From: Myxococcota bacterium
Lineage (GTDB): Bacteria; Myxococcota_A; UBA796; SXON01
DNA: 64,000 nt
Direction: 5' to 3'
NCBI GenBank assembly: GCA_040386535.1
Contig: JAZKFH010000027.1
Coordinates: 102,548 to 166,547 of the forward strand
Shown here: in pieces, positions 41,726-51,139 of the stretch
How the letters are laid out: every line of letters begins with the position of its first letter
Numbering within the stretch: position 1 is the stretch's first letter
Position numbers and translations under genes: made by a program
The notes under the pieces: model-generated
Seen by the model: only the letters and a program-made list of their open reading frames with translations
What the model was told of the DNA's origin: nothing
The model's database searches: none

Positions 41726-42589
41726 AGCCGCGGCTACCAAACGTCCAGCAGCCAGAACACCCCGGGGCCGTCCGCGTGATCCTCCCCGGAGGCGTCCAGC
41801 AGCACGCGGCAATCGTCGAGCACGATCGGGTTGTCCCCCAGCGCGCTTGCGCTGGTGCTGCCGTACGGGACGGTGAAAAGAGGGGGCGGTGGCGTGGAAC
41901 GCCCAAACGTCGCCGTGCGAGCCGGGCGCAATCTCCTCCTTGGGCTCCGCCTCCGCGGCCCGCAGCCGCGTCATCTTGGGCCGCAGATACCTTGTTTACT
42001 CCCCCGCCTCAGGCGTGCGCCCCTGCGGGCCGTCGCTCCCGAGGTTTCCCGAGCCCACCGCCGACGCCCCCAATCGCGGCGGCCGCCGTGGGGCCAACCG
42101 CATAGTCAACGGTCATGTCCTTGGTCATGTCCCCATGAATGCACGCGGCACGGAGTCATGCTGGGTTGAATGCGCGGATTCAGGCTGCGACTGCCCGCGG
42201 GGTGCCGAAAAACGCCCGTTGCTCCGTGGTGGCAGCGGTAGGCAGCCCTGGATTGGGCGTTCACCGGGGCATGGCTCTAATCTAGCGTCGTTCATGGTGG
42301 CATGACTCCGATTTTGCGGCGTTGAGGGTGGCATGACCCTGGACCTCGTCGTGCTCGAGGGGTGAGGGAAGCGCATCGAGATGACATTGCGAACCCCACC
42401 CGCCCACCACCACCCCCACGCGCGAGGTGCTTGGAGGGCGGCCGTGCGCTCCGGCCTCCGGAGCGCGCGGCCGGTCCGGCGGGGCGGCTCGGCGCGCCGC
42501 CGACCGAGCAACGCGAGCCCGGAAAGGACCGGCCCCGGCCGTCCTCGGCCGGGGACGCGCCCAAACCGCCCCCTCGCGCGCCCCGATGA

Positions 42590-43504
42590 TCACCCAAACC
42601 GCGCCACGACCGCCGAGCCCTCGACCGCCAATGACACAGTGACCACGTCCCCCGCGCGCACGCCGCGCTCGTCCGCGAACGCGCACAGGAGCTGGCCCCA
42701 GTGGCCGCCGGCGCCGGGCGGGTTGGCGAGGATGAGGCCGGCGTCGAGCTCGGCGTCGAACCACAACAGCACGCCGGCGAGGGGGCCGGCCTCGGCGGCG
42801 GTGAGCGCGAGGGTGACAGGGGCGGGGCGCGCGTCGGTGCCGAGGGCGAGGCTCCACGCGAGGGCGGCGGGGCCGGCCGGGGGCTCGGTGGTGGTCACGG
42901 AGACGTAGGCCAGGGGCGTGTCGAGGCAGGCTTCGAGCGGCCCGGTGACGAGATCGTAGCGGGCGCCGATGCCGCGGACCTGGGCGCGGGCGAGGCGGGC
43001 CTCTCGGGCGGATCCGGAGGCGCGCGCGAGCGCCGCCCACACGCGGAGACGCCGGGGCGCGAGGAGGCCGCCGGTGGGTGACACCCAAGGGGCGACCGCG
43101 GCCATGGCGGGGAGGACGCCCTCGGAGAAGGGGTCGGCGTTGAGGAGCTCGGAGAAGGCGAGGTCGACGGGGCGCGGGGGCACGTCCTCGACGCGGGCGT
43201 GGACGACCTCGACGAGGTGGGAGAGCCCGTTGGCGGCGACGAGCTCGGCGGCCACCGTCGCGAGGGGCGTGGGCTCGATGGCGACCACGTGACGGGCGCC
43301 GAGCCGGGCGGCGACGCAGGAGAGCAACCCGGTGCCACACCCGACCTCGACCACGCGGGCGCCGGGGGCGCGGCGGGCGAGCAGCGCGATCATCGCGTCG
43401 TTGCGCGGGGCGTCCGAGTAGAGGCGGACGTGCTCCCAGGGATTTGCGAAGCCGGTCGGCAAGAGACCAGTTGGCGAGAGACCAGTCGGCGGGGAAGCGG
43501 GCAT
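42590..43504 (-). CDS. PRMT-like SAM-dependent methyltransferase
   Basis: 'H..LYSDAPRN', 'VVEVGCGTGLLS', double-E loop 'SELLNADPFSEG', 'WFDAEL' and a THW-like 'GHWGQ'. Confidence 0.75.
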   Translation of the reverse strand: MPASPPTGLSPTGLLPTGFANPWEHVRLYSDAPRNDAMIALLARRAPGARVVEVGCGTGLLSCVAARLGARHVVAIEPTPLATVAAELVAANGLSHLVEVVHARVEDVPPRPVDLAFSELLNADPFSEGVLPAMAAVAPWVSPTGGLLAPRRLRVWAALARASGSAREARLARAQVRGIGARYDLVTGPLEACLDTPLAYVSVTTTEPPAGPAALAWSLALGTDARPAPVTLALTAAEAGPLAGVLLWFDAELDAGLILANPPGAGGHWGQLLCAFADERGVRAGDVVTVSLAVEGSAVVARFG

Positions 43505-43517
43505 CCCGCCGCCTATC

Positions 43518-44765
43518 TCACCCCGCGTGCCGGACCGCGATCGCCGGCGACATCCGCGACGCCATCCGCGCGGGGATCCAACCGAACACGAGGCCCTCGG
43601 CCATGGAGAGGCCGGCCGCGAGCACGATGCCCTCCCAACTCGTGGCCGTGGCCCACCCGGTGAAGCGGCCGACCGCCGCCGTGAGCAGCACGCCCGCCAC
43701 GATGCCGACCGCGCCGCCGAGCCCGCTCACCAGCGCGCTCTCGGCGAGGAACAGGCCCTGGATGTCGCGCGGGGTGGCACCCACGGCGAGGCGGATGCCG
43801 ATCTCGCGGGTGCGCTCCATCACGCTGGCGAACAGGATGTTCATGATGCCGATGCCGCCGACGAGCAGCGAAATGCCGGCGATCATCCCCATGACGAGGT
43901 TGAACACGCGCTGCTGGGCGCGCGACTGCTCGAGGAGCCGCAGCGGCACGACCACGGTGGTGTCGGCGGCGTCGCGATGCAGGCGTGCAATCGCGCGGGA
44001 GGCGACGATGGCGTGGCCCTCGACCTGGGTGGTGTCGCCGAGGGCCACGACGAGCTCGGACAGCTCGGGCTCGCCGCGCGGGCGGTCCCAGCGGGTGAGG
44101 GCGGTGCCGAGGGGCACGATCACGGAGCGGTCGAACCGATCGGTGTCGCCGGGTTGGGAGCGCTTGCTCCGCGCGATGCCCGCCTCCTCGATGACGCCGA
44201 CCACGTGCAACCACACGTTCCCGGCGCGCACCCAGCTGCCCACGGCCTCCTCGCCGCCGAACAACAGGTCTCGCGCGGTGCCGCCCAGCAGGCACACGGT
44301 GGCCTCGGCGGTCTCGTCCTCCAAGGAGAGGCCGCGGCCCTCGACGCGCACGAAGCCCTTGGCCGCGAGCCAGTGGGGATCGGCGCCCAAGACACGCACG
44401 GCCTCGCCCTCGGGCAGGCGCGGCACGGTCTCCATGGTGGGGAGGACCCGCATGCCGCCTACGTGTTCGGCGCCCGTGAGGATGGCGCGGAGGGCGGCGA
44501 CATCGCGGAGGGAGAGGCCCTGGGACACGCGGCGCGCTTTCTGCTCGGCCTCCGCCTGGTCGTCGGGGAACGCCACGTCGCGCACGAGGAAGTTCTGGAT
44601 GCCGAGCTGCCCGATGAGGCGCTCCTGCTCCTGGCGCGCGCCCTCGCCGATGCCGAGGATGGCGATGATCGCGGCCACGCCGAACAGGATGCCGAGGCCG
44701 GACAACACGGAGCGGACCCGGTGGGTGGTCACGCCCTGCCAGCCCTCTACCAACACATCCCACAT
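43518..44765 (-). CDS. ABC transporter permease (MacB/FtsX type)
   Basis: 'RSVLSGLGILFGVAAII', 'ISLLVGGIGIMNI..ASVMERTREIGIR.AVGA' and 'FGWIPARMA'. Confidence 0.93.
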   Translation of the reverse strand: MWDVLVEGWQGVTTHRVRSVLSGLGILFGVAAIIAILGIGEGARQEQERLIGQLGIQNFLVRDVAFPDDQAEAEQKARRVSQGLSLRDVAALRAILTGAEHVGGMRVLPTMETVPRLPEGEAVRVLGADPHWLAAKGFVRVEGRGLSLEDETAEATVCLLGGTARDLLFGGEEAVGSWVRAGNVWLHVVGVIEEAGIARSKRSQPGDTDRFDRSVIVPLGTALTRWDRPRGEPELSELVVALGDTTQVEGHAIVASRAIARLHRDAADTTVVVPLRLLEQSRAQQRVFNLVMGMIAGISLLVGGIGIMNILFASVMERTREIGIRLAVGATPRDIQGLFLAESALVSGLGGAVGIVAGVLLTAAVGRFTGWATATSWEGIVLAAGLSMAEGLVFGWIPARMASRMSPAIAVRHAG

Positions 44766-44777
44766 TCTATTGCCGCG

Positions 44778-46034
44778 CTACGGGCTGACGGCGGCGGCGG
44801 TGGGCGGCGTGGGCATCGGGGCCGCGCCGCCGGGGCGGGTGCCGCCGTCGAGCGAGGCGGGATCGACGAGGGCGACGCGATCGCCCGGCTCGAGGCCCTC
44901 GGTCACGACCACGTGGCTGTCGTTGGTGCGGCCGAGCTTGACGGGCACGCGCTTCCAGCCGGCCAGGCCGCTGCGGTACACGATGGCCTCCGAGGCGTCG
45001 TAGAACACGGCCTCGCGGGGGACGAGCAGCACGTCCGCCACCGCGGCCACCTGGATCTCGGCGCGCACGGTCATGCCGGGCTTGAGCGCGGCGTCGGTGG
45101 GCGGGAGCGCGATGGTCACCTCGAGGTGCTTGACCTCGCTCTCCTCGTTGCGCTTGACCGCGAGATCGCTGACGCGCTCGACGGTGCCGAGCAGCGGGGC
45201 CTCGGGCCGCGCGTCGACCACCACGCTCACGGGCTGGCCGACGGCCACCTGGGTCGCGTCGACCTCGTGCACCCAGGCCTCGACGCGCATGGCGGACAGG
45301 TCGGGGAGCTCCATGATGGAGTTGCCCGGCCACACGCTGTCCCCCACGGAGGCCTTGCCGCGCTTGCCGCCGCGCCACTCCTCGGTGAGCAGCACGATGC
45401 CGTCCCCCCCGGCGCGGACCACGAGCTTGCCGAGCTGGCGCTCGATCTGGTCGACCTTGGCCTGGGCCTCGGCCTCCTCCAAGCGGAGAAGCTCGAGCTC
45501 GGCGGCGGCCTCGAGCTCCGTCGACTTGAGCGCGGCCTCGCTCCGGCCCACCGCGAGGCCCGACTCCTCGACATCGAGCCGGGCGCTCTCCCGCTCGACG
45601 CGCGGTACGGTCTCCGAGTCGGTGACGCGCAGCTCGGCGCGCTCCTTGTCGAGGCCGGCCTTGACCACGTCGCCCCGGGCCGAGGCGAACTTCACGGTCT
45701 GCTGGGCCTGCTTCTGGGCGATCTTGGTCTGGGCGATGCGCAGGCGGGACACCGCGCCCTCGAGCTCCTTGACCAGGTCGGTGGGGTCGAACTCGACGAG
45801 GAGACCGCCGGCTTTTACGCGTGTGCCCTCCTCCGCGAGGGTGGTGATCTTGAGCCCGCCGCGGATGTTCGGGGCGGAGACGTTCTCGGACTTGACGGCC
45901 TCGAGCTCGCCGGGGACGCCAAGGACCACGGACAACGTGCCCCGGGTCACCTCGGCGGTCGGGACGGAGTCCGTGGCGCCGCCGGCGCAGGCGGCGAGGA
46001 GCGCCACCAGGGCGAGGGTCGCGCGTGCCAACAT
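44778..46034 (-). CDS. Efflux membrane-fusion (periplasmic adaptor) lipoprotein, MacA-like
   Basis: Lipobox LAA|C, 'EEGTRVKAG', coiled coil, 'DLSAMRVEAWVHE', 'LKPGMT' and 'GLEPGDRV'. Confidence 0.88.
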   Translation of the reverse strand: MLARATLALVALLAACAGGATDSVPTAEVTRGTLSVVLGVPGELEAVKSENVSAPNIRGGLKITTLAEEGTRVKAGGLLVEFDPTDLVKELEGAVSRLRIAQTKIAQKQAQQTVKFASARGDVVKAGLDKERAELRVTDSETVPRVERESARLDVEESGLAVGRSEAALKSTELEAAAELELLRLEEAEAQAKVDQIERQLGKLVVRAGGDGIVLLTEEWRGGKRGKASVGDSVWPGNSIMELPDLSAMRVEAWVHEVDATQVAVGQPVSVVVDARPEAPLLGTVERVSDLAVKRNEESEVKHLEVTIALPPTDAALKPGMTVRAEIQVAAVADVLLVPREAVFYDASEAIVYRSGLAGWKRVPVKLGRTNDSHVVVTEGLEPGDRVALVDPASLDGGTRPGGAAPMPTPPTAAAVSP

Positions 46035-46362
46035 CGGGCGGAGGGTAACGCCCTTGACGGGGAGCCGCTCGGTGTATCCGGGGGACATCGGGGGCGTGAT
46101 TCCCGCCGCGGGTCGGGTCGGCGCGCGTGCGCCTTGACCCGCCGCCTCCCTGTTGGCGCCGGGGCCGGCCCGGCGCGGGGCGTCGCTTCTGTGGCAGTGG
46201 GGAGCGCATCCGAGGTCAGAAATAGCAAGCCGGCTTTCCCATGCTGGCGCTTGGGCCTCGGGATCCAGTGACAACGTTCTACTCGACACCCGGGCTTCAG
46301 CCTGGGGTCGGCCACCCGCCCGTGCCCGGGCACATGGAGAACTCTTGGAAAGGAAGGGATAC

Positions 46363-47592
46363 ATGCAAGTCGTACGAACCCTCGGTCTGCTCGCGCTCGT
46401 CGCTCTCCCCGCGGGGGCCTTCGCTGGCGCTCCGGACCGGGACTACGATCGGATCCCCGACTCGTACGACAACTGCCCCGACGTGGCCAATCGCGCCCAG
46501 AAGGACATGGACTACGATGGGGTAGGCGACGCGTGCGACGTGTGCAAGCACGACGCCGACCCCTATCAGGAGGACATGGACTACGACGGCGTCGGGGACG
46601 CATGTGACATCTGTCCGGAGTACGCCGACCCGTACCAGGAGGACAGCGACTACGACGGCGTGGGCGACGCGTGCGACGTGTGTCCCGACTACGCCGACCC
46701 CTACCAGGAAGACGCGGACTACGACGGCGTGGGCGACGCGTGCGACAACTGCTCGTACGACGCGAACCCCTACCAGGAAGACGCGGACTATGACGGCAAG
46801 GGCGACGTGTGCGACGTGTGTCCGTACGAGACCGACTCGGGGTACGACACCGACTACGACGGCATCGGGGACGACTGTGACGTGTGTGTGTACGTGGCCG
46901 ATCCGTACCAGGAAGACAGCGACTACGACGGCGTGGGCGACGCGTGCGACGTTTGCCCCGCTTACGCGGACCCGTACCAGGAAGACGCCGACTACGACGG
47001 CAAGGGCGACGCGTGCGACAACTGCGTGTACGACGCGAACCCCTACCAGGAGGACGCGGACTACGACGGCAAGGGTGACGTGTGTGACAACTGCGTGTAC
47101 GAGTCCAACCCGTACCAGGAGGACGCCGACTACGACGGGACCGGGGATGCCTGCGAGGCCTGCACCGACTACGACTACGACTACGTGTGCGACGAGGTCG
47201 ACAACTGCCCGTACGACATGAACCCGTACCAGGAAGACGCGGACTACGACGGCAAGGGCGACGTTTGTGACCCCTGCCCGTACTCCGCGTACGACGACAC
47301 CGACTACGACGGGATCTGCGACGACAAGGACGTGTGCCTCTACACCGTCCTCCCCGACGAGGTGCCCACGGTCGGCCTGACGGTCGGGCGCTGGGCCGAC
47401 ATCGACGGCGACGGCAAGTTCGAGACCCGCAAGCGTTACGGCGGGTACTCCGAGGGCTACACGCTCGAAGACACGAAGGGCTGCACCTGCGCCCAGATCA
47501 TCGACGAGCTGTACCTGCCGAAGGCGGCCGAGTACTACGGCTGCACGACGGCCCAGATGAACAGCTGGGTCACCTACGTGAGCGGCTACTAA
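46363..47592 (+). CDS. Secreted Tyr-rich thrombospondin type 3 (Ca-binding) repeat protein
   Basis: Signal peptide, then about a dozen ~23-aa repeats 'DxDYDGxGDACDxCPxYAxPYQE'. Confidence 0.85.
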   Translation: MQVVRTLGLLALVALPAGAFAGAPDRDYDRIPDSYDNCPDVANRAQKDMDYDGVGDACDVCKHDADPYQEDMDYDGVGDACDICPEYADPYQEDSDYDGVGDACDVCPDYADPYQEDADYDGVGDACDNCSYDANPYQEDADYDGKGDVCDVCPYETDSGYDTDYDGIGDDCDVCVYVADPYQEDSDYDGVGDACDVCPAYADPYQEDADYDGKGDACDNCVYDANPYQEDADYDGKGDVCDNCVYESNPYQEDADYDGTGDACEACTDYDYDYVCDEVDNCPYDMNPYQEDADYDGKGDVCDPCPYSAYDDTDYDGICDDKDVCLYTVLPDEVPTVGLTVGRWADIDGDGKFETRKRYGGYSEGYTLEDTKGCTCAQIIDELYLPKAAEYYGCTTAQMNSWVTYVSGY

Positions 47593-47602
47593 GTCGCCGA
47601 CG

Positions 47603-47640
47603 GACACGGGCTCCCGACGGGGGCTCGTGTCTCCCGTTTT
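47603..47640 (+). terminator. Probable intrinsic terminator after the TSP3 gene
   Basis: GACACGGGCTCCC-loop-GGGGCTCGTGTC stem followed by CCCGTTTT. Confidence 0.6.
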
Positions 47641-47788
47641 GGTGCTCTCGCTCGCCGCGCTCCCGCTGCCTCCGCTACACGCCGGAGAGAGCGGGATCGT
47701 CGTGTTTTTGGCAAGTGTCATTTGGGTTTGACGGCGGCGCTCCTGGTTGGCAGGCTTTTGTTGGTGGCACCTGTCACCGGAGAAACAA

Positions 47789-49897
47789 ATGAGACACCAC
47801 AATCTGGTTGGTTTGTCCTGCCTCACAGCGCTGGTGGGAGGCGTGGCCGCATGGGCCGCGTTGGATACGCCGGCGCCGAGCGGGGGCGAGCCGACCGTCA
47901 TGTCGGGTCCCAGCCGAGCCAAGGCCCTGGCGGCGGCCTTCGCGCGCTGGGAGACGGCCTACGAGGCGGCGGGCGGCGATCGGGCGCGGGTGTTGTCCCT
48001 GCGCCACTCCGAGGCGCTCTCCTCGGAGAACACCCAGGCCTGGGGCCAGATCAAGATGGATCTGGTGCAGGGCCGCGTGGCTGCCGCGGTCGTGGGGGCG
48101 GACGGCCCGCTTGACCTCTGGGTGGTCGGGAACGCCCAGGGCAGCAGCTCGCGCCCCGAGGCGGGCGACCAAGTCGAGTTGGTTGGCACCCTCAGCCCCC
48201 AGGGGAACGTGGCGCGCCTGGACGCAGCCCTTCCGGCCGACTTCCCCATCGACATGGTGGTGGTGACCCGCGCGGGCACCCGCCCCGAGGACGGCGCGCT
48301 GCTCGTCGGCTACGCGTCGTTGTTCCACCGCCTCCACGATCGCGCCCGCACCGAGCAGGTCGCCACGCTGGCGCCGCGCCCGGCCGAGCCCTCGTTGGCA
48401 GGCGCCCTCGGGCCCAACGCGGCACAGGCGGCGGTGGTGTCCAACCCCCACGTCCCCTCGCTCGAGGAGATGATCGTGGAGGGCGAGCTGCTCTTCAACG
48501 AGGAGACCTTCGGCGGCAACGGCCGCACCTGCCTCTCGTGCCACCCCCCGCTCAACAACTTCACCCTCGACCAGGAGTTCATCGCCGACCTCCCCGACTA
48601 CGACGCGCTGTTCGTGGCCGAATTCAATCCGGACCTCGCCGACCTCGAGGATCCCGAGCTGATGCGCGAGTTCGCCCTCATCCGGGAGAACCAGGACGGG
48701 TTCGATCCGCTCGGTAGCGAGCCGACAAAGTTCAACATGCGCGCGGTGTCCCACACCCTCGCGATGTCCACCTCGCTCCAGTCCTTCATCCTCGACGCCG
48801 AGGGAAATCGGGTGGAGGAGTTCCAGCAGATCGGGTGGAGCGGCGACGGCGCCCCCAACGGCGGCGTGCCCTCCATGCACGCCCTGCGCGACTTCGCCAA
48901 CGGCGCGATCGTGCAGCACCTGACCCAGACCATGGAGCGCGAAGAGGGGGCCGATTTCCGCCTCGCCAGCATCGAGGAGCTCGATGCCATGGAAGCCTTC
49001 CAGCTCTCGTTGGGACGCCAGGAGGAGATCGATCTGACCACGATGGTGTTCAAGAACGCCCAGGTCACGGCCGGGCTCGGCGTGTTCAACGCGAAGGCGT
49101 GCGGCCTGTGCCACGCGAACGCGGGCGCCAACGACATCGCCGCCCACCCCCGCGGCGACGCCGCGATCCTCCACGACTTGAACGTCAACCTGAACACGGG
49201 CGTCGAGACGCTGTTCCTCGACGAGACCCTCGGCGCGCGGCCGACGGACGGCGGCTTCGGGCGGGTCTTCGACCAGGCGACGCCGCTGCTCGGCTTCCTC
49301 GACCAGAATGGCGACGGCATCACGGACTTCCCCCAAGCCCAGAACTTCAACTGCGCCGACGAGGTCATCACCAGCGGTGGCTTCGGCGACGGCACGTTCA
49401 ACATCCCGCCGCTCATCGAGGCGGCCGACACCCCGCCGTTCTTCCACAACAACGCCGTCGAGACGCTCGAGGAGTCGGTCGCCTTCTACGGTTCGTCCAA
49501 CTTCAACTGCTCCCCGGCGGGGCGACTCTTCGGCGTCATCTTCCCGGGCGGGATCAACTTCGCCGCCGGCGAGGTCGAGCAGCTCTCCGACTTCCTCCGC
49601 GCGCTCAACGTGCTCGAGAACATCCGCGCGTCGGACGTGTTCCTCGACGACGCCGTCACCGAGCGGAGCCTCGCCTTCGCCAAGCCGAAGCTCCTCGCGG
49701 CGCTCGCCGACATGGACGACGGCATCATGGTGCTCACCGAGGGCCAGATCCACACGCGGGACGCGTCGCGCGAGATCCAGAAGGCGGTCCTGGCGGTGAA
49801 GGCGGCGACCAAGCTGACGAACCAGACCGCGCGCAACCTGCTCCTGAAGCAGGCCAAGGCCAACCTCGCCAAGGCGAAGACCTTCATCGTCCAGTAG
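47789..49897 (+). CDS. Exported di-heme cytochrome c (bCcP/MauG superfamily)
   Basis: Signal peptide, two CxxCH motifs (CLSCH, CGLCH), 'FNIPPLIEAADTPPFFHNN..ETLEE.V.FY' and 'L.DFLR.L'. Confidence 0.8.
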   Translation: MRHHNLVGLSCLTALVGGVAAWAALDTPAPSGGEPTVMSGPSRAKALAAAFARWETAYEAAGGDRARVLSLRHSEALSSENTQAWGQIKMDLVQGRVAAAVVGADGPLDLWVVGNAQGSSSRPEAGDQVELVGTLSPQGNVARLDAALPADFPIDMVVVTRAGTRPEDGALLVGYASLFHRLHDRARTEQVATLAPRPAEPSLAGALGPNAAQAAVVSNPHVPSLEEMIVEGELLFNEETFGGNGRTCLSCHPPLNNFTLDQEFIADLPDYDALFVAEFNPDLADLEDPELMREFALIRENQDGFDPLGSEPTKFNMRAVSHTLAMSTSLQSFILDAEGNRVEEFQQIGWSGDGAPNGGVPSMHALRDFANGAIVQHLTQTMEREEGADFRLASIEELDAMEAFQLSLGRQEEIDLTTMVFKNAQVTAGLGVFNAKACGLCHANAGANDIAAHPRGDAAILHDLNVNLNTGVETLFLDETLGARPTDGGFGRVFDQATPLLGFLDQNGDGITDFPQAQNFNCADEVITSGGFGDGTFNIPPLIEAADTPPFFHNNAVETLEESVAFYGSSNFNCSPAGRLFGVIFPGGINFAAGEVEQLSDFLRALNVLENIRASDVFLDDAVTERSLAFAKPKLLAALADMDDGIMVLTEGQIHTRDASREIQKAVLAVKAATKLTNQTARNLLLKQAKANLAKAKTFIVQ

Positions 49898-49933
49898 TCG
49901 GGGACGCCGCCCGGCTCGGAGGCCGAGAGCCGG

Positions 49934-51049
49934 TCAGCCGGGCGGTGCCACCAATCGCGCGCGGATCTCCTCCGGGAGGTCCGCGCGGATTGCCGTGAGC
50001 GGGATGGCCTGGTTCCATTCGACGAGGTGCTCGGCCCCCGCCCGCAGCTGGCCGCGGTTGTGGTGCAGGCCGACGAGCCGGAACGAGGCGTCGAACACGG
50101 GCGCGCCGGAGGAGCCCTTCTCGGTGTTCACGCGGTGGCGCAGGCGGAGCCCGGACGCGTCGAGGCCGAGGAAGCCGGGGGTCGCAAAGGCGAGCTTCAT
50201 CGTGTCCTGGCGCGTGAAGTCCGGCGGGAGGCCGGGGTGCTGGACGATGAGGGCGGGGGTGTCCTTCGGCGGCGGCGCGGGCGAGGTGGACGCGTCGATC
50301 CACCCGCGGGTGACCGAGCCGACGGCCTCGTCACCGACGGGCTCGGCGAGGCGGAGGAGCGCGTAGTCGAGCTCGTGGGCCGCCGGGCCGCCATGCCGAT
50401 CGGGGGCGAGATCCGTTGCGGCGAAGGGGCGGTTGGGGATGGCCCACGCCGGGTCGAGGCCGACGGGCGCGCGGGGTGTGGGCGCGGCGCCGCCGAGGCC
50501 GGCGCAATCGTCGAACACGCAGCGCACCACGGTGGCGGAGCGGGGGCCGGACAGGAGCGCCATCACGACGTGGTAGTTCGTCAGCACGAGGTCCGGGCCG
50601 ACGAGGAAGCCGGTGCCGCCGCCGCCGTTGCCGACCTCCACCCGGCACACGCGCCGCCGCACCGAGAGGATGCCGTGCGCGAACGCCTCCGGATCGAGGA
50701 AGGGGTTGAAGGCCTCGACCAGCCGCTCGAGGCCCTGCCCGAGCCCGTCGACGCCGCTGGGGCCCGCCTTCTTCCCGCGCAGCAGCGTCGTCATCAGCAC
50801 GAGCAGGTCGGCGCGGTCGGGGCGCTCGGCGAGCAGGCGGGCCAAGAGCTCGGTGGTGTGCCCGTTCATCTCGGCCTGGTCGACCACGTCGTACGCGAGC
50901 TGGGCGAGGCCGGTGCCGTCCCATCCGATCTCGTCGCGCCACTCCCACGGCGTCACCAGCCGTTGGAGCTCCTTCGGCTTCATGGTCGAGCGCAGCGCCG
51001 CCACGACGACCTCGTACTTTCCCGCCTCGATCAGACCCAGCCGCGCCAT
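49934..51049 (-). CDS. EAD-like helical domain fused to a trypsin-like serine protease
   Basis: Triad motifs 'LTNYHVV', 'LDYALLRL' and 'TEKGSSGAPV', preceded by 'GTGFLVG'. The N-terminal ~85 aa are helical, ending 'ERPDRADL'. No signal peptide. Confidence 0.85.
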   Translation of the reverse strand: MARLGLIEAGKYEVVVAALRSTMKPKELQRLVTPWEWRDEIGWDGTGLAQLAYDVVDQAEMNGHTTELLARLLAERPDRADLLVLMTTLLRGKKAGPSGVDGLGQGLERLVEAFNPFLDPEAFAHGILSVRRRVCRVEVGNGGGGTGFLVGPDLVLTNYHVVMALLSGPRSATVVRCVFDDCAGLGGAAPTPRAPVGLDPAWAIPNRPFAATDLAPDRHGGPAAHELDYALLRLAEPVGDEAVGSVTRGWIDASTSPAPPPKDTPALIVQHPGLPPDFTRQDTMKLAFATPGFLGLDASGLRLRHRVNTEKGSSGAPVFDASFRLVGLHHNRGQLRAGAEHLVEWNQAIPLTAIRADLPEEIRARLVAPPG

Positions 51050-51139
51050 TCGAGCTCCGCGCAGCGGCATCCTGCCATACGGTGCGCCCGATCGCTTGCG
51101 TGGGACGCTCGGCGGGGTAGCATCCGCCCGGGAGCACGG

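Noticed and set aside
42167..42182. TGAAT-N6-ATTCA as a second TetR operator
   Set aside because: Spacing differs from the N4 site at 20183 and no plausible target gene start is adjacent.
41734..42420. Short ORFs in lower-GC DNA (e.g. 41734-41931 minus)
   Set aside because: Probably gene debris; no convincing start or family motif, so not annotated.
46363..47592. CxxC repeats as a multiheme cytochrome or ferredoxin
   Set aside because: No CxxCH motifs; the cysteines fit disulfide-bonded TSP3 repeats in a secreted protein.
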